From contig JANQRS010000018.1 of assembly GCA_028284445.1 (NCBI GenBank), positions 1 through 64,000 of the forward strand: a stretch of 64,000 nucleotides of DNA, in the 5' to 3' direction. Of this stretch, positions 48,514-58,161 are shown piece by piece. A model generated the notes under the pieces. That model had not been told where the DNA came from. It saw only the letters and a list, made by a program, of their open reading frames with translations, and did no database searches. The stretch is from Calditrichia bacterium. Lineage in GTDB: Bacteria; Calditrichota; Calditrichia; RBG-13-44-9; J075. The position numbers were made by a program, and so were the translations under genes. Position 1 is the first letter of the stretch, and each line of letters opens with the position of its first letter.

Positions 48514-48589
48514 ATGAGCGTTTTGAGCGTTTTCTCAATATACAACCCAAGGTGGCGCCCGTCAAGAACAAAACGCTCAAAACGCTCAT
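48514..48589. promoter_or_regulatory. 20-bp perfect inverted repeat (ATGAGCGTTTTGAGCGTTTT ... AAAACGCTCAAAACGCTCAT) separated by 36 nt; each arm is a direct repeat of ACGCTCA; probable operator, shared with the copy at 50555-50572
   Basis: Read directly. Located 120-200 nt upstream of the TonB receptor start (48391) and downstream of the M50/CBS gene stop (48707). The same motif, AACGCTCAAAACGCTCA, recurs upstream of the TetR gene. Confidence 0.5.
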
Positions 48590-48706
48590 TCGTGCAAAAA
48601 TGCAAAAATCAGTAGCAGGTTTATCGTTCAGGAACCTGTCTGGAAGGAAGGAGGCGATCAATGATCTGTCCGACCATTGATCGCCAGAGGAAGTATGTTC
48701 GGACGA

Positions 48707-49822
48707 CTATGCCGTCCTTAATTGAAGTCTTTTCATCGCTGAATGGATCATCATAAATTCACTAATATTCTCTGTTGTCAGCAATCCAACAATTTGCCTA
48801 TCCCGCAATACCGGAATGATGCGGGTTTGACCGGCAATAAGACGATCAACAACATTTTGCAGACGGTCTCCGATAGTTGCTGATTCAAACTCGCGCTGCA
48901 TGATGTCACCGACCAGGGCGTGCTGCCCTCGTCTGGCCAATCCCTCCATTATGTCCTCACGAGTCAGGACACCAACAATATTGCCCCCTTCGGCAACCGG
49001 GAAATCTTGCTGCGCACCGGCGAGCAGATATTCTACGGCCCTCCCCACCGTATCGGACGTATGCAAAATCTGAAAGCGGGTCATCATTGCTGAATCGACC
49101 GAGACATCGCCAAATGTATCACGCATCTGGATCATATTTGCCTCTTGGGTCGCGCCAAACCACACGAACACACCGATAAGAACCAGGAAAGGATTGATAT
49201 AGAATCCGACGATGGCGAATAGAATTGCCATCGATTTGCCCAACCCTGCTGCAATACGGGTTGCCCGGCCATATTCCATGCTCAGCGCCAGGAGCGAGCG
49301 AACAACACGGCCACCATCCATCGGAAACGCCGGCAGCATATTAAAGGCTACCAGGAGTATATTGACCCCCATCATCCGGCCCCAAAACGAAGCGCCGGCG
49401 CCTTCCACACCCATTGCAAATTGCAGATTCCCCGTCAGAAGCATCCCGCAAAAAATAGCCGTAGCGATAACTACATTCACAGCGGGCCCGGCCAGGGCAA
49501 TTGCTAATTCCTGTCGCGGGTCATCGGGCATCCGCTCCAGGCGAGCGACGCCGCCAATTGGGTAAAGCGTGATATCACGTGTAGCAATTCCGTATTTTTG
49601 CGCCATCAGCGCATGACCAAACTCATGCAAAACAACGCAGATAAATATGCCCAGTACAAAGATGATATCTTCCAGAACCAGGCCGGCATTTTGGCTATGT
49701 GACCAACTGTTAATGGCAATCCAGGCGACAATTAACAGAAAGGTCGCGTGGATATTCACCGGAATGCCACGATATTCGGTTATTTTCCACGACCACTTCA
49801 TTTTCATCTCCATTCTTAACAA
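48707..49822 (-). CDS. Site-2-protease-family (M50) zinc metalloprotease with tandem CBS domains
   Basis: HExxH in a TM helix (LHEFGHALMAQKYG); the M50 motif NMLPAFPMDGGRV; at least 4 TM helices; C-terminal CBS pair (VDSAMMTRFQILHTSDTVGRAVEYLL...; GDIMQREFESATIGDRLQNVVDRL...). Confidence 0.8.
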   Translation of the reverse strand: MLRMEMKMKWSWKITEYRGIPVNIHATFLLIVAWIAINSWSHSQNAGLVLEDIIFVLGIFICVVLHEFGHALMAQKYGIATRDITLYPIGGVARLERMPDDPRQELAIALAGPAVNVVIATAIFCGMLLTGNLQFAMGVEGAGASFWGRMMGVNILLVAFNMLPAFPMDGGRVVRSLLALSMEYGRATRIAAGLGKSMAILFAIVGFYINPFLVLIGVFVWFGATQEANMIQMRDTFGDVSVDSAMMTRFQILHTSDTVGRAVEYLLAGAQQDFPVAEGGNIVGVLTREDIMEGLARRGQHALVGDIMQREFESATIGDRLQNVVDRLIAGQTRIIPVLRDRQIVGLLTTENISEFMMIHSAMKRLQLRTA

Positions 49823-49834
49823 TTAGCTATTGCT

Positions 49835-50512
49835 TTAGGTTCTGATTTCAGCATCTTGCAGGGACGGATCGGTATCCTGAAATAGTCCCTCATCCGGCAC
49901 GTCCATATCAAGTGAATCCGCCCAAAATACCACTAACTGATCGATGTAACTGGCCGTTCGCTTCAGGTAATCACTATTGTCCAGGAGCCAGAATTTGATG
50001 AGTCCGAAATAATCATCAATGATCAATTGGATATTGATATAAAGAACCAGGCTATTTTGGTTCCTCAAGCCACCCTCAGAAGATTCCCAACCCGAACTTG
50101 TAGTTGAGTCTTCTGCCATCAGAAACTCCATAAAAAGCTGTTCCAGTTCCTCATGGAAACGGCTTTTTGACGGATGCTGAACAATGACTTCATCGAAAGA
50201 AGCGCGAACGAATTCCCGTCTCTTGTCCAACAGCCCGAACATCACATAGGCAAAGTTCGAAAACTTTTCCTGCAGGGAGCTTTGTTCAAACCCATCGACC
50301 AATGGTAGCATTGCCCGGTATTCACGCAAGGCGTCGAGATAAACACTTTCCAGTATCTCAGCGGACGAATCAAAGAATAATAGAAGCTTATCCTGTTCAA
50401 CACCACTCTTCGAACAAACTTCCTGGGCACACAGCGGCCGTGAATCATTCATAAACAACTCAACAGCACTGGCAATCAATCGATCTCTAATTGTGGATTT
50501 TCTGTCAGTCAT
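49835..50512 (-). CDS. TetR/AcrR-family transcriptional regulator
   Basis: N-terminal HTH pattern (IRDRLIASAVELFMNDSRPLCAQEVCSKSGVEQDKLLLFFDSSAEILESVY) matches the TetR_N consensus (R..I..A..LF...G...T...I....GVS.G.LY..F..K..L). Helical C-terminal domain. 12-nt gap to the M50/CBS gene. Confidence 0.6.
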   Translation of the reverse strand: MTDRKSTIRDRLIASAVELFMNDSRPLCAQEVCSKSGVEQDKLLLFFDSSAEILESVYLDALREYRAMLPLVDGFEQSSLQEKFSNFAYVMFGLLDKRREFVRASFDEVIVQHPSKSRFHEELEQLFMEFLMAEDSTTSSGWESSEGGLRNQNSLVLYINIQLIIDDYFGLIKFWLLDNSDYLKRTASYIDQLVVFWADSLDMDVPDEGLFQDTDPSLQDAEIRT

Positions 50513-50554
50513 GATGCATTCTCCCGATAAATGATGTCACTTAAGAAACCAGAT

Positions 50555-50572
50555 AACGCTCAAAACGCTCAC
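50555..50572. promoter_or_regulatory. Third copy of the AACGCTCAAAACGCTCA direct-repeat motif, 43-60 nt upstream of the TetR start codon; probable autoregulatory operator
   Basis: Exact match to the arms of the inverted repeat at 48514-48589. Confidence 0.45.
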
Positions 50573-50660
50573 TAAGAATTATTACGCCGCTGCAGATATT
50601 ATGTTTCAAGGGATTTACGAAAATTGTTGTGATGATCCGGGATGAATACAACATTAAGAC

Positions 50661-51077
50661 ATGAAAAACTTCACCGTAAAGAACGATCAATTAACTGTAG
50701 CTGACTATCAGGCGTTAAGAGGCACAACGGGTTGGGAAAAACTGCCGGATGCGCAAGTTGAGAAGGCGTTGGCCCGCCATCTCTATTCGGTTACGGTATT
50801 TGAAAATGAAGAAGTAGTGGGAATGGGACGAATTGTCGGCGATGGTTCAATTTACTTCTACATACAAGACGTGATTGTTCATCCGGCCTATCAAGGACAG
50901 GGCGTTGGCAAATTGATTATGGAAGGTATTGAAGACTTTCTGGCAGAATCTGTAACCGGGCATGCCTTCGTAGGCTTGATGGCTGCAAAAGACGTCCATG
51001 GATTCTACAGCAAACTTGGCTACAAAGCCAGAACTGACTCCGCGCCGGGTATGTTTAAGGTGATACAACGTACTTAG
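50661..51077 (+). CDS. GNAT-family N-acetyltransferase
   Basis: Acetyl-CoA-binding motif (VIVHPAYQGQGVGKLIMEGIEDF); 138 aa. Confidence 0.75.
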   Translation: MKNFTVKNDQLTVADYQALRGTTGWEKLPDAQVEKALARHLYSVTVFENEEVVGMGRIVGDGSIYFYIQDVIVHPAYQGQGVGKLIMEGIEDFLAESVTGHAFVGLMAAKDVHGFYSKLGYKARTDSAPGMFKVIQRT

Positions 51078-51094
51078 GAAATGAAATCCTACAA

Positions 51095-53281
51095 TTAGCC
51101 TGATGGCTCTATCGGTAAACTGACCGAAAATGTGGTTCCCTTACCTACCTCGCTTTCAACATCGATGCTTCCACCGTGCTTCTGAATAATATTATAGCTG
51201 ATGGATAACCCCAGTCCCATACCGACGCCAGAGCCCTTGGTTGTAAAGCCAGGTTCGAAAATCTTGCTCAGGTTTTCAGGCGCTATACCAATGCCGGTAT
51301 CGGCGACCTGGATACGGACATGTGTTCTGTCAGCTGTCGTTGTGATTTGGATATCACCCTGGCCTTCAATAGCGCGAGCAGCATTCGCAAACAAATTCAT
51401 AAACATCTGATTCAGCTGATTAGGATAGCAATAGATTTCTGGTATATCGCCATATTGTTTGCTGACAGTTATCCGGTCCTGTAACTCAAACTCAACCAAT
51501 GTCAGCGTATTGTCAATTCCTTCATGAATGTTGGATTTTTGAAATTCGGCTTCATCCAGGCGTGCAAAGTTCTTGAGCCCCTGAACAAGCTTCGTAATTC
51601 GATCACTCGCCATTACTGTCGCTCGGTTATTGTTAGTGAGAACTTTGAGTGCCCTGAGAAATTGCCGGTTGTTTTGAATACCGTCTGTATCCTCGTTAGC
51701 TTCAAGAGCCTCATTGATTTTCTGAATTGCTCTATTCGAGACGTCTGCAGCACTGCTGACGGCACCGACCGGGTTATTTATTTCATGTGCTATGCCGGCA
51801 ACCAATTGCCCCAATGCCGCCATTTTTTCCGATTGCACCAGTTGAATTTGAGTTTCCTGAAGTTGGGTATGCGCCTGGTCCAGCTGCTCGTAGGATTCAG
51901 ACAATTGCACATTGTTGTTTTCTAGCAAATTATTTGCTTCCGTCAATTCAACCGTCCGCTGTTTCACACGGTCTTCCAGTTCCAGATTCAGCTTGCGTAA
52001 GGCATCCGTTTGTTCTTGAAGAGCGTTGCGAGTACGGGCGAAACTTCGCGCAAGAAAGATTGACATGGAAAGCAGCAATCCGAGGATACCGACTGCGGCC
52101 ATGGCAATAGCAAATGTCATTGGCAACTCAGGCCAGATCCCCATACGGGCAAAAATCAGGTGAAAAACAGCCCATAGCATCACCATTGCAAAAAAGATCA
52201 TGCCCGATCCAATAATCCACGCGCCATCTTTGCGTTGCAGAATAGCAACAACTGCCACCCGGCACATTTCAACCAGCATGAGCCCTTCCATGATATCCGG
52301 CAGCATATGCGCACTAAATGGCTGGGACCAGTCCAGCAAAATCATGGCCAGGCCGACGCCTAGAAACGCCCAAAATTGTCTCGGTAATCGTTCGTAGAAC
52401 AGTGAATACAAAAATCGCAGGCCGGCCAGCAACATAAAGCTGAACATTGCGTCGCTGAGTTTCAAATAAAAGATGATTTGCTGAAGATCGGTGACCATCG
52501 AAAATTCAGTTTGCAAGCCGGTAAAGAATACCGCGCCGAGCAGCGATGTAAACAGGGCGTAGTATAGGTTTTCCCTGGCTCGTTGATAGAACAGGAATAG
52601 CAGCATATGCAGCATTGCAAAAACGACAGGAACGATGCCAAACGCCATTTGAATGTTGGCGTTCTCTCTCCTCTGGCTGACGCTTTCCGCAATGGTACTA
52701 TCCAGGTCGCTCAAAACTATCGCAAATCCGTACGACAGCTCCTGGCGATTCAGCCCCTCTGCAGGAAAAAAGTTCGAAAACCGGACGGCAATGACATGGT
52801 GAGCCTGATGGAAACCAATGTGCCTGGGCGGGGCCACAAATTCCGGATTGATTGTCCAATACCCTTCTTCATCATCCAGTGACGATCCCACTTTACCAAA
52901 CTGCGCAACCAGTTTCCCGTCGATGTAGATTTCCGAGGCACCCCAATGCCTGACGTTTAGAGCCAGTAGCCGGTTGTGTAATGTGGAGTCAACAGCTATA
53001 TGAAGCCGAAACCAGCCGATGCCAGTCCAGCCACTTCTCGGCAGGTCGTTGGAATTGAGCCAGGTATCGCCAATTTCCCAGCTGCTGTCGTCAAACTCGG
53101 GATTCGCCCATTGAAGGTTATCACCCGGGTGATATTTCCATAAACGATCATCCAGGCGGATGCCATCCACCAGGCTGTCCGCTGTCAAGACTAATGCAGG
53201 AGAGGAAATCTGCCCTTGCGCTATGGTAAGATTAAAGAGGCAAAACAAGATCAAACATAAACTGCGTGTACTTCTATCCAT
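51095..53281 (-). CDS. Sensor histidine kinase with 7TMR-DISM extracellular and 7TM domains (no receiver domain)
   Basis: Signal peptide; extracellular beta-sandwich-like domain; seven hydrophobic helices; coiled coil; H-box (VAGIAHEINNPVGAV); HATPase (ADTGIGI...GVGMGLGLSISYNII). Same architecture as 12272-14770, minus the REC domain. Confidence 0.75.
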   Translation of the reverse strand: MDRSTRSLCLILFCLFNLTIAQGQISSPALVLTADSLVDGIRLDDRLWKYHPGDNLQWANPEFDDSSWEIGDTWLNSNDLPRSGWTGIGWFRLHIAVDSTLHNRLLALNVRHWGASEIYIDGKLVAQFGKVGSSLDDEEGYWTINPEFVAPPRHIGFHQAHHVIAVRFSNFFPAEGLNRQELSYGFAIVLSDLDSTIAESVSQRRENANIQMAFGIVPVVFAMLHMLLFLFYQRARENLYYALFTSLLGAVFFTGLQTEFSMVTDLQQIIFYLKLSDAMFSFMLLAGLRFLYSLFYERLPRQFWAFLGVGLAMILLDWSQPFSAHMLPDIMEGLMLVEMCRVAVVAILQRKDGAWIIGSGMIFFAMVMLWAVFHLIFARMGIWPELPMTFAIAMAAVGILGLLLSMSIFLARSFARTRNALQEQTDALRKLNLELEDRVKQRTVELTEANNLLENNNVQLSESYEQLDQAHTQLQETQIQLVQSEKMAALGQLVAGIAHEINNPVGAVSSAADVSNRAIQKINEALEANEDTDGIQNNRQFLRALKVLTNNNRATVMASDRITKLVQGLKNFARLDEAEFQKSNIHEGIDNTLTLVEFELQDRITVSKQYGDIPEIYCYPNQLNQMFMNLFANAARAIEGQGDIQITTTADRTHVRIQVADTGIGIAPENLSKIFEPGFTTKGSGVGMGLGLSISYNIIQKHGGSIDVESEVGKGTTFSVSLPIEPSG

Positions 53282-53612
53282 CAAACAGAATCTCCGGTTC
53301 AGATGCTCATATGTTACTACAAGCATACCAATGAATCCGAAAGAAAAGTTGCATTATTTGATAGAATTTTGGGGATTGGCGGTTTTCTCTACTCAACAGG
53401 AGATGCGGTTCAGCGATCCTGCGCAAAAAGCTCAAGACCGAAAATCATGGTTTTCCATACGGACGGTTCCTGTCAATAATAGCTTAACTTCTGCGAATTG
53501 GGCTAATATTGTAGCTATTGGTATCGAACAGACGACGCAATCTCTTTAAAAGCAATAGACAGTCGGCAAATTCCTGCGAACGCCTGGAAGCTGGAGAGAC
53601 ATGGATCTCATA

Positions 53613-53975
53613 CTACTTCTCAACCCAGAGGCGGCGGATAATGCCGTTGTCTTTACCGCCGTCTATTTCATAGTCAATTGTAACCGTCCACTCATGCGCA
53701 AAGGCATCAAGCAACAGGTCCAGCATCCCCTGCCTGACAGCCTGGTTGCTGTCATTACGCAGTTGAAACCCATAAGCTTTATCGTTTTGCTTATCCAGGC
53801 ACACAACTACTTCGACATTGATCTGGTCTGTTGCCGGACCATAGCGCGTCCCAACATCGTGAACGCGCAACAGTGTAATCTTGCCGCTTGTCTGCTTTAA
53901 TGCGGCATTACCGGTGTGCGGAACTGTAATCGCCAGTATGGTGCAAATACATAACAGAATTATTGATCGTGACAT
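53613..53975 (-). CDS. Small secreted hypothetical protein (about 120 aa), last gene of the sigma/CHAT operon
   Basis: Signal peptide from an internal Met (MSRSIILLCICTILAITVPHTGNA); 57-nt gap to the upstream gene. Confidence 0.4.
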   Translation of the reverse strand: MSRSIILLCICTILAITVPHTGNAALKQTSGKITLLRVHDVGTRYGPATDQINVEVVVCLDKQNDKAYGFQLRNDSNQAVRQGMLDLLLDAFAHEWTVTIDYEIDGGKDNGIIRRLWVEK

Positions 53976-54109
53976 AACTATTCTCCCTTCCTTTTCACCC
54001 TGCATATTATAAAGAGACTCTTCCTTAGCATAAGTCGCAAAAATAATATGCAATTCTCAACAAACTGCTCGCATGGCGAATCCAAAAACAGGTTAGGCAA
54101 ATGCTATCC

Positions 54110-54463
54110 CTAGCGCATTGCCCGGCTCTGCCCAAATATGTTGAACCATCGTACTACCAGTAGATTGTAAAAGGCGCTGAAAAGTGTCCCACCAACAAAT
54201 CCATAAAGAAATGCTTTCGCGAAAGCGAAAGCATCCAGGTCGAAGAAATCTTCAATCCCGGATACCGGCGGCAAAAATCCTGTTGGCAAGAACTTCAACG
54301 TGGCCAGGAATATCACAAAAGTGATCCCAAGTGCAATACCATAAGCAATGGCTATGACACCACTGGCCTGAGTGTACAGTAATTGTCCACGGCTTGGTGT
54401 ATCGTCGCCACCACCGGACTTGGAATGTTGTTCGTGGGCAAACCCTAAAAAATCTCTATCCAT
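54110..54463 (-). CDS. Small two-TM membrane protein (117 aa) in the sigma/CHAT operon
   Basis: Two hydrophobic helices (VIAIAYGIALGITFVIFLATL; FLYGFVGGTLFSAFYNLLVV); 16-nt gap to the TPR-CHAT gene. Confidence 0.4.
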   Translation of the reverse strand: MDRDFLGFAHEQHSKSGGGDDTPSRGQLLYTQASGVIAIAYGIALGITFVIFLATLKFLPTGFLPPVSGIEDFFDLDAFAFAKAFLYGFVGGTLFSAFYNLLVVRWFNIFGQSRAMR

Positions 54464-54478
54464 TTTTCTCCTCCGTAA

Positions 54479-57400
54479 TTAAATATAAGCGGTTTGTGCA
54501 AGCGTAAAGAGCTTCCACAAATATGGATGAGCCGCTTCATAGATTTCGTCATTATTGAAGACTTGAATCCACTTTTTTTCGGTTAACTGCAAAGCTTTAT
54601 CGGGCGGATGTCCATCCTGCACAAGTCTTAGAAAGTTAAGTAATTGATCAAATGCTCTCCGACTGTCTATTTCCCATAAACTTGCTAAACATGCCTTAAC
54701 ACCGCGGGCAAGCAAAGCTTGTTGGAAACCGGAAAATCCGCTACCCTCATAAAGCTTTCCATTGGCTGTCTCACAACCAACCAGAAAAACAAACTGAGCT
54801 TCCGACCAGTCTTTTTTTTTGAAGTTACGCAGATGAATTTCCTGAGTAATTGGTTTTCCGTCACTCTCCCGCATAGCGGTAATTTCAAAAACCGAGCCAT
54901 CGGGGAAATCTGGATCAGCTCTACTATGCCCTATAAAGAAATAGATATCAAACTGTCCAGCCACATGATCTGGAAAAACATTTGTCTCGATTAATGTATC
55001 AGCGACAACCAATTCCTCAACCTTGGGGAACATCTTACGCAGTTCAGCGACAAAATAATCTGCACTCTTAAACGAGGCCCGATCGGCACTGACCAAAATT
55101 CGGGGGGCATCAAAGGAAACTGCGGAAGACAGAAGGGGCTTCAATTGCAGAAAAAAGGCACTGGGGATCGTTACCTGCGACGCTATTTCGACAATGTAGC
55201 CGTCTTTGGCTGAATCGGTATATTTCAGGCAGGCAAAGGGAATTCCATGTAGAATATCGTCCGGAATAAATAGCACCCTCTTTTTACTCATCAGCTTTTC
55301 CCTCAACTCCGGCCAACCGAGACTGATCTCCGATATTTTGTCAATCGCTTTATCGACCGCGTCATAATTTTGCGCCAATAGGAGTGGGTCGAATTTTTTC
55401 AGGTGACTTTTTGTGTTGTTAATTTCGGTCAACAGATCATAACTCACCCGGTACAACTCCTCCTTTTTTAAGAGCTTCAGATGGAGATTTAGTGTGTCCT
55501 TATCAAGCGCAAAGAGATAGAGTGTCTCATCTGTCACCATATAATTCAAAAGAAGATCATCTGTCCGCAGATTTGCTTTAACCTTATCAATATCTGTCCG
55601 AAAAAATCCTTTTGACTTCGCACCGGCCTTTAGCGCATCCTGAAAACTGTGCTTGGATTCACGAGCCTTGAGGTAATCAAGCTTGATAAACGCCTCTCTT
55701 ACGTTTCCCGACTTCAATTCATATTCTACCGCCTGTTGTAAATAGGTATGGATTCGTCGACGAAATCTCATAAGGTTGTCAAGATTCGAGAACGATTGGC
55801 TAACATTTTCAATTGCCGGGAAAAGCTTGTTAGAATACTCCAATGCCTCCGCTAATTGCCCCTGCGCTGCTGCTACCTGGGCAAATAAGCCCAGTGCGTC
55901 AATTTGACCTTGAGAATCTTGCAGGCGATTCGCCAACTCCTCCATCTGTTTCAATTCATTTTGGACCTGCTGATACTCCTCCGCCTTAAGGTGACTTTGG
56001 ATTAAGTATGTCCGATTCTCAAGGGATTTTCTAATCAATCCCGATTGATCATATATCTTTATAGCCGACTGGAAACTTTGAATTGCAAGCGGATAATTTT
56101 CGGCCGTCAAGTTCAGCCGGCCCGTGGAAACCAAATAATCCCCTTTGACGATTGGAAAATCGACAACTGCTATCAGATCTTGAATTTGTTTGTTGTATTT
56201 ATCAAGACTGGCGGTATCTTTTTGCTCAACAGCTAATTCTCCCAGCAGACCCAAAAGCCGCATGCGCTGCTCGATATTTTCACGATTATATTGCAGGTGC
56301 AAATCAAACGCTTTCTGATAGTATTTTTGGGCTTCATCGTATTCACCCAATCGAAAAAACAATTCCCCCAAATTGGACCATACGACAATTTGATTGCTAA
56401 CATCTCCGGCCTGTAAGAAATCCAAGGCCATATTGTAATCAGCCTCCGCTTGATCGTAATTTCCGAGAGCCCGATGGGTTATTGCTCTGGTATTGTACAG
56501 GGTATGATGGGCGGAACTATCCAGCGAGAGCTGGCTAATTTGATTACAGATATTAAGAGCCTGCAGATAATTTCCGCTATCCCACTCAGCTTTAGCAGAA
56601 CCCATTTGCGACATCAAATAGTAATAGGGAGTACTAGGTGAGGCGCTCAGCTGAGTTGCTCGCCTTGTAGCCTCTCTATATGCTTTGGTTGCCATTTCGG
56701 CCTGACCGGCAGCCACTAAGACTTCGGCATAATTATATTGCAGCCCCAATCCTCTCAATTGAAATCCCAAGCGATCCGCATGTTTTATAGAGCGCTCGCC
56801 GATAACTAAAGCCAGATCAAGTAGTCCTCGGTTCTCAGACAGCATAATCATTATCCGCTGTGTGAAATCCAGCCGTAGTTTCTGATCTGGAATCTCACTC
56901 AATATTCGCAGGCCAACAGCAGCATAGTGTTGGGCCCGTTCAAAATCGATTTTGTATATGGCAAAGCACAAGCGCTCAGCACTGTAAGCCCGAAGCCATT
57001 TTTTTGCCAGCGTGCGGTCAAAACGAGACACTTTAAGTACCCAATCGCACCAGTAAGCACATTCCGTTTGTTCATAGATCTCTCTTGCCAGATCATGCGC
57101 TTCGGCAAAAAGCGAATCGCTTAGCTCCCGATGTCCGCGAACGCGGCTCACTATGGCTTTCAGCAGTTGTCGCCGCAGTTGCGCTTCCACCATGTAACTC
57201 TCGGTTTGTGGAGCTGCAGAATCTGGCCCTGCCAATGCTGCCCGGCGACGAGCAATAATCTCATTTAGCGTTTCCACTTCGAGCTTCGCCACTAGTTCAT
57301 TTTGAGCGTAGTCTACGACCTTCTGACGCATCGAATCAGGCACAGATTGGTTCGTATAGTAATTGTAAAGGCGATTTACAATAGCCTGCTTTTCCATAAG

Positions 57401-58135
57401 ACTTTCAGCCGACAGCACCTCCTCCTGCAAATCAATCAGATCGGCACGCTGAAATGCATCCGGTACTGGGAGGATAGTCCCACATATTCCAAAAACAACT
57501 ACGATTGTGACGGAAATTTGTATATTCATTTCAAATTGAAAACCGGTTAGGCGAAAAAGATTAATCTCAAAGAACCGTTTAAGACGTCGCCACATGACTC
57601 CAAATCCCTTCCCAATTCTTCGGAATAGATCCTCAAGCGAAGTTGGCGTTGGTATTTGCTGGTACTGACCCGATTCAACAGCTAATTGCTGTGAGTCTAG
57701 CCATTGGTTTCGAACTTGACGATAGATTTTTGCATAAGGCTCAAAGATCGATCCGGCGGAGTTGGTCAATGCTTCAAGCTCATCCCGGCGCGGGACCCAG
57801 GTATCCGGCTCTTCCTCCTCCATGTGATGTGGTACGCCCTTGGATGGCAATTTAGACGAATCCTCTTCTTGCGCCGGGCGCTCCGGCAACTCCTTATGAG
57901 GCATTTCAGACGCTGCTTCGTCCTGCCGGGCAGCAGCGGCCTGAGTCTCCTCTCCTGATTTCTTGTCAGATGCCTTCTCAATCCTGATAGGCTCCGGCTC
58001 AACCACGACATATTGGTCATGGTGTATCTGCCAGCGCCTGGCCAATAAGGCATCGTGTCTTCTTAGGTCATGTTCTGATAAATCTTTTATATATCGTTTA
58101 AGCAATACGCGCAATGATGAGTGTAGACCCTTCAT
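54479..58135 (-). CDS. Membrane-anchored TPR-repeat plus CHAT-domain (caspase-like peptidase) protein, 1218 aa
   Basis: N-terminal about 190 aa is acidic and low-complexity, then one TM helix (ISVTIVVVFGICGTILPV), more than 10 TPR-like repeats (YNMALDFLQAGDVSN, LGELFFRLGEYDEAQKYYQKAFDL ...), and a C-terminal CHAT domain with a conserved His...Cys dyad (YFFIGHSRADPDFPDG ... FVFLVGCETANGKL). Confidence 0.75.
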   Translation of the reverse strand: MKGLHSSLRVLLKRYIKDLSEHDLRRHDALLARRWQIHHDQYVVVEPEPIRIEKASDKKSGEETQAAAARQDEAASEMPHKELPERPAQEEDSSKLPSKGVPHHMEEEEPDTWVPRRDELEALTNSAGSIFEPYAKIYRQVRNQWLDSQQLAVESGQYQQIPTPTSLEDLFRRIGKGFGVMWRRLKRFFEINLFRLTGFQFEMNIQISVTIVVVFGICGTILPVPDAFQRADLIDLQEEVLSAESLMEKQAIVNRLYNYYTNQSVPDSMRQKVVDYAQNELVAKLEVETLNEIIARRRAALAGPDSAAPQTESYMVEAQLRRQLLKAIVSRVRGHRELSDSLFAEAHDLAREIYEQTECAYWCDWVLKVSRFDRTLAKKWLRAYSAERLCFAIYKIDFERAQHYAAVGLRILSEIPDQKLRLDFTQRIMIMLSENRGLLDLALVIGERSIKHADRLGFQLRGLGLQYNYAEVLVAAGQAEMATKAYREATRRATQLSASPSTPYYYLMSQMGSAKAEWDSGNYLQALNICNQISQLSLDSSAHHTLYNTRAITHRALGNYDQAEADYNMALDFLQAGDVSNQIVVWSNLGELFFRLGEYDEAQKYYQKAFDLHLQYNRENIEQRMRLLGLLGELAVEQKDTASLDKYNKQIQDLIAVVDFPIVKGDYLVSTGRLNLTAENYPLAIQSFQSAIKIYDQSGLIRKSLENRTYLIQSHLKAEEYQQVQNELKQMEELANRLQDSQGQIDALGLFAQVAAAQGQLAEALEYSNKLFPAIENVSQSFSNLDNLMRFRRRIHTYLQQAVEYELKSGNVREAFIKLDYLKARESKHSFQDALKAGAKSKGFFRTDIDKVKANLRTDDLLLNYMVTDETLYLFALDKDTLNLHLKLLKKEELYRVSYDLLTEINNTKSHLKKFDPLLLAQNYDAVDKAIDKISEISLGWPELREKLMSKKRVLFIPDDILHGIPFACLKYTDSAKDGYIVEIASQVTIPSAFFLQLKPLLSSAVSFDAPRILVSADRASFKSADYFVAELRKMFPKVEELVVADTLIETNVFPDHVAGQFDIYFFIGHSRADPDFPDGSVFEITAMRESDGKPITQEIHLRNFKKKDWSEAQFVFLVGCETANGKLYEGSGFSGFQQALLARGVKACLASLWEIDSRRAFDQLLNFLRLVQDGHPPDKALQLTEKKWIQVFNNDEIYEAAHPYLWKLFTLAQTAYI

Positions 58136-58161
58136 ACAAACGCCTCCTCAAGATTTTTCAA

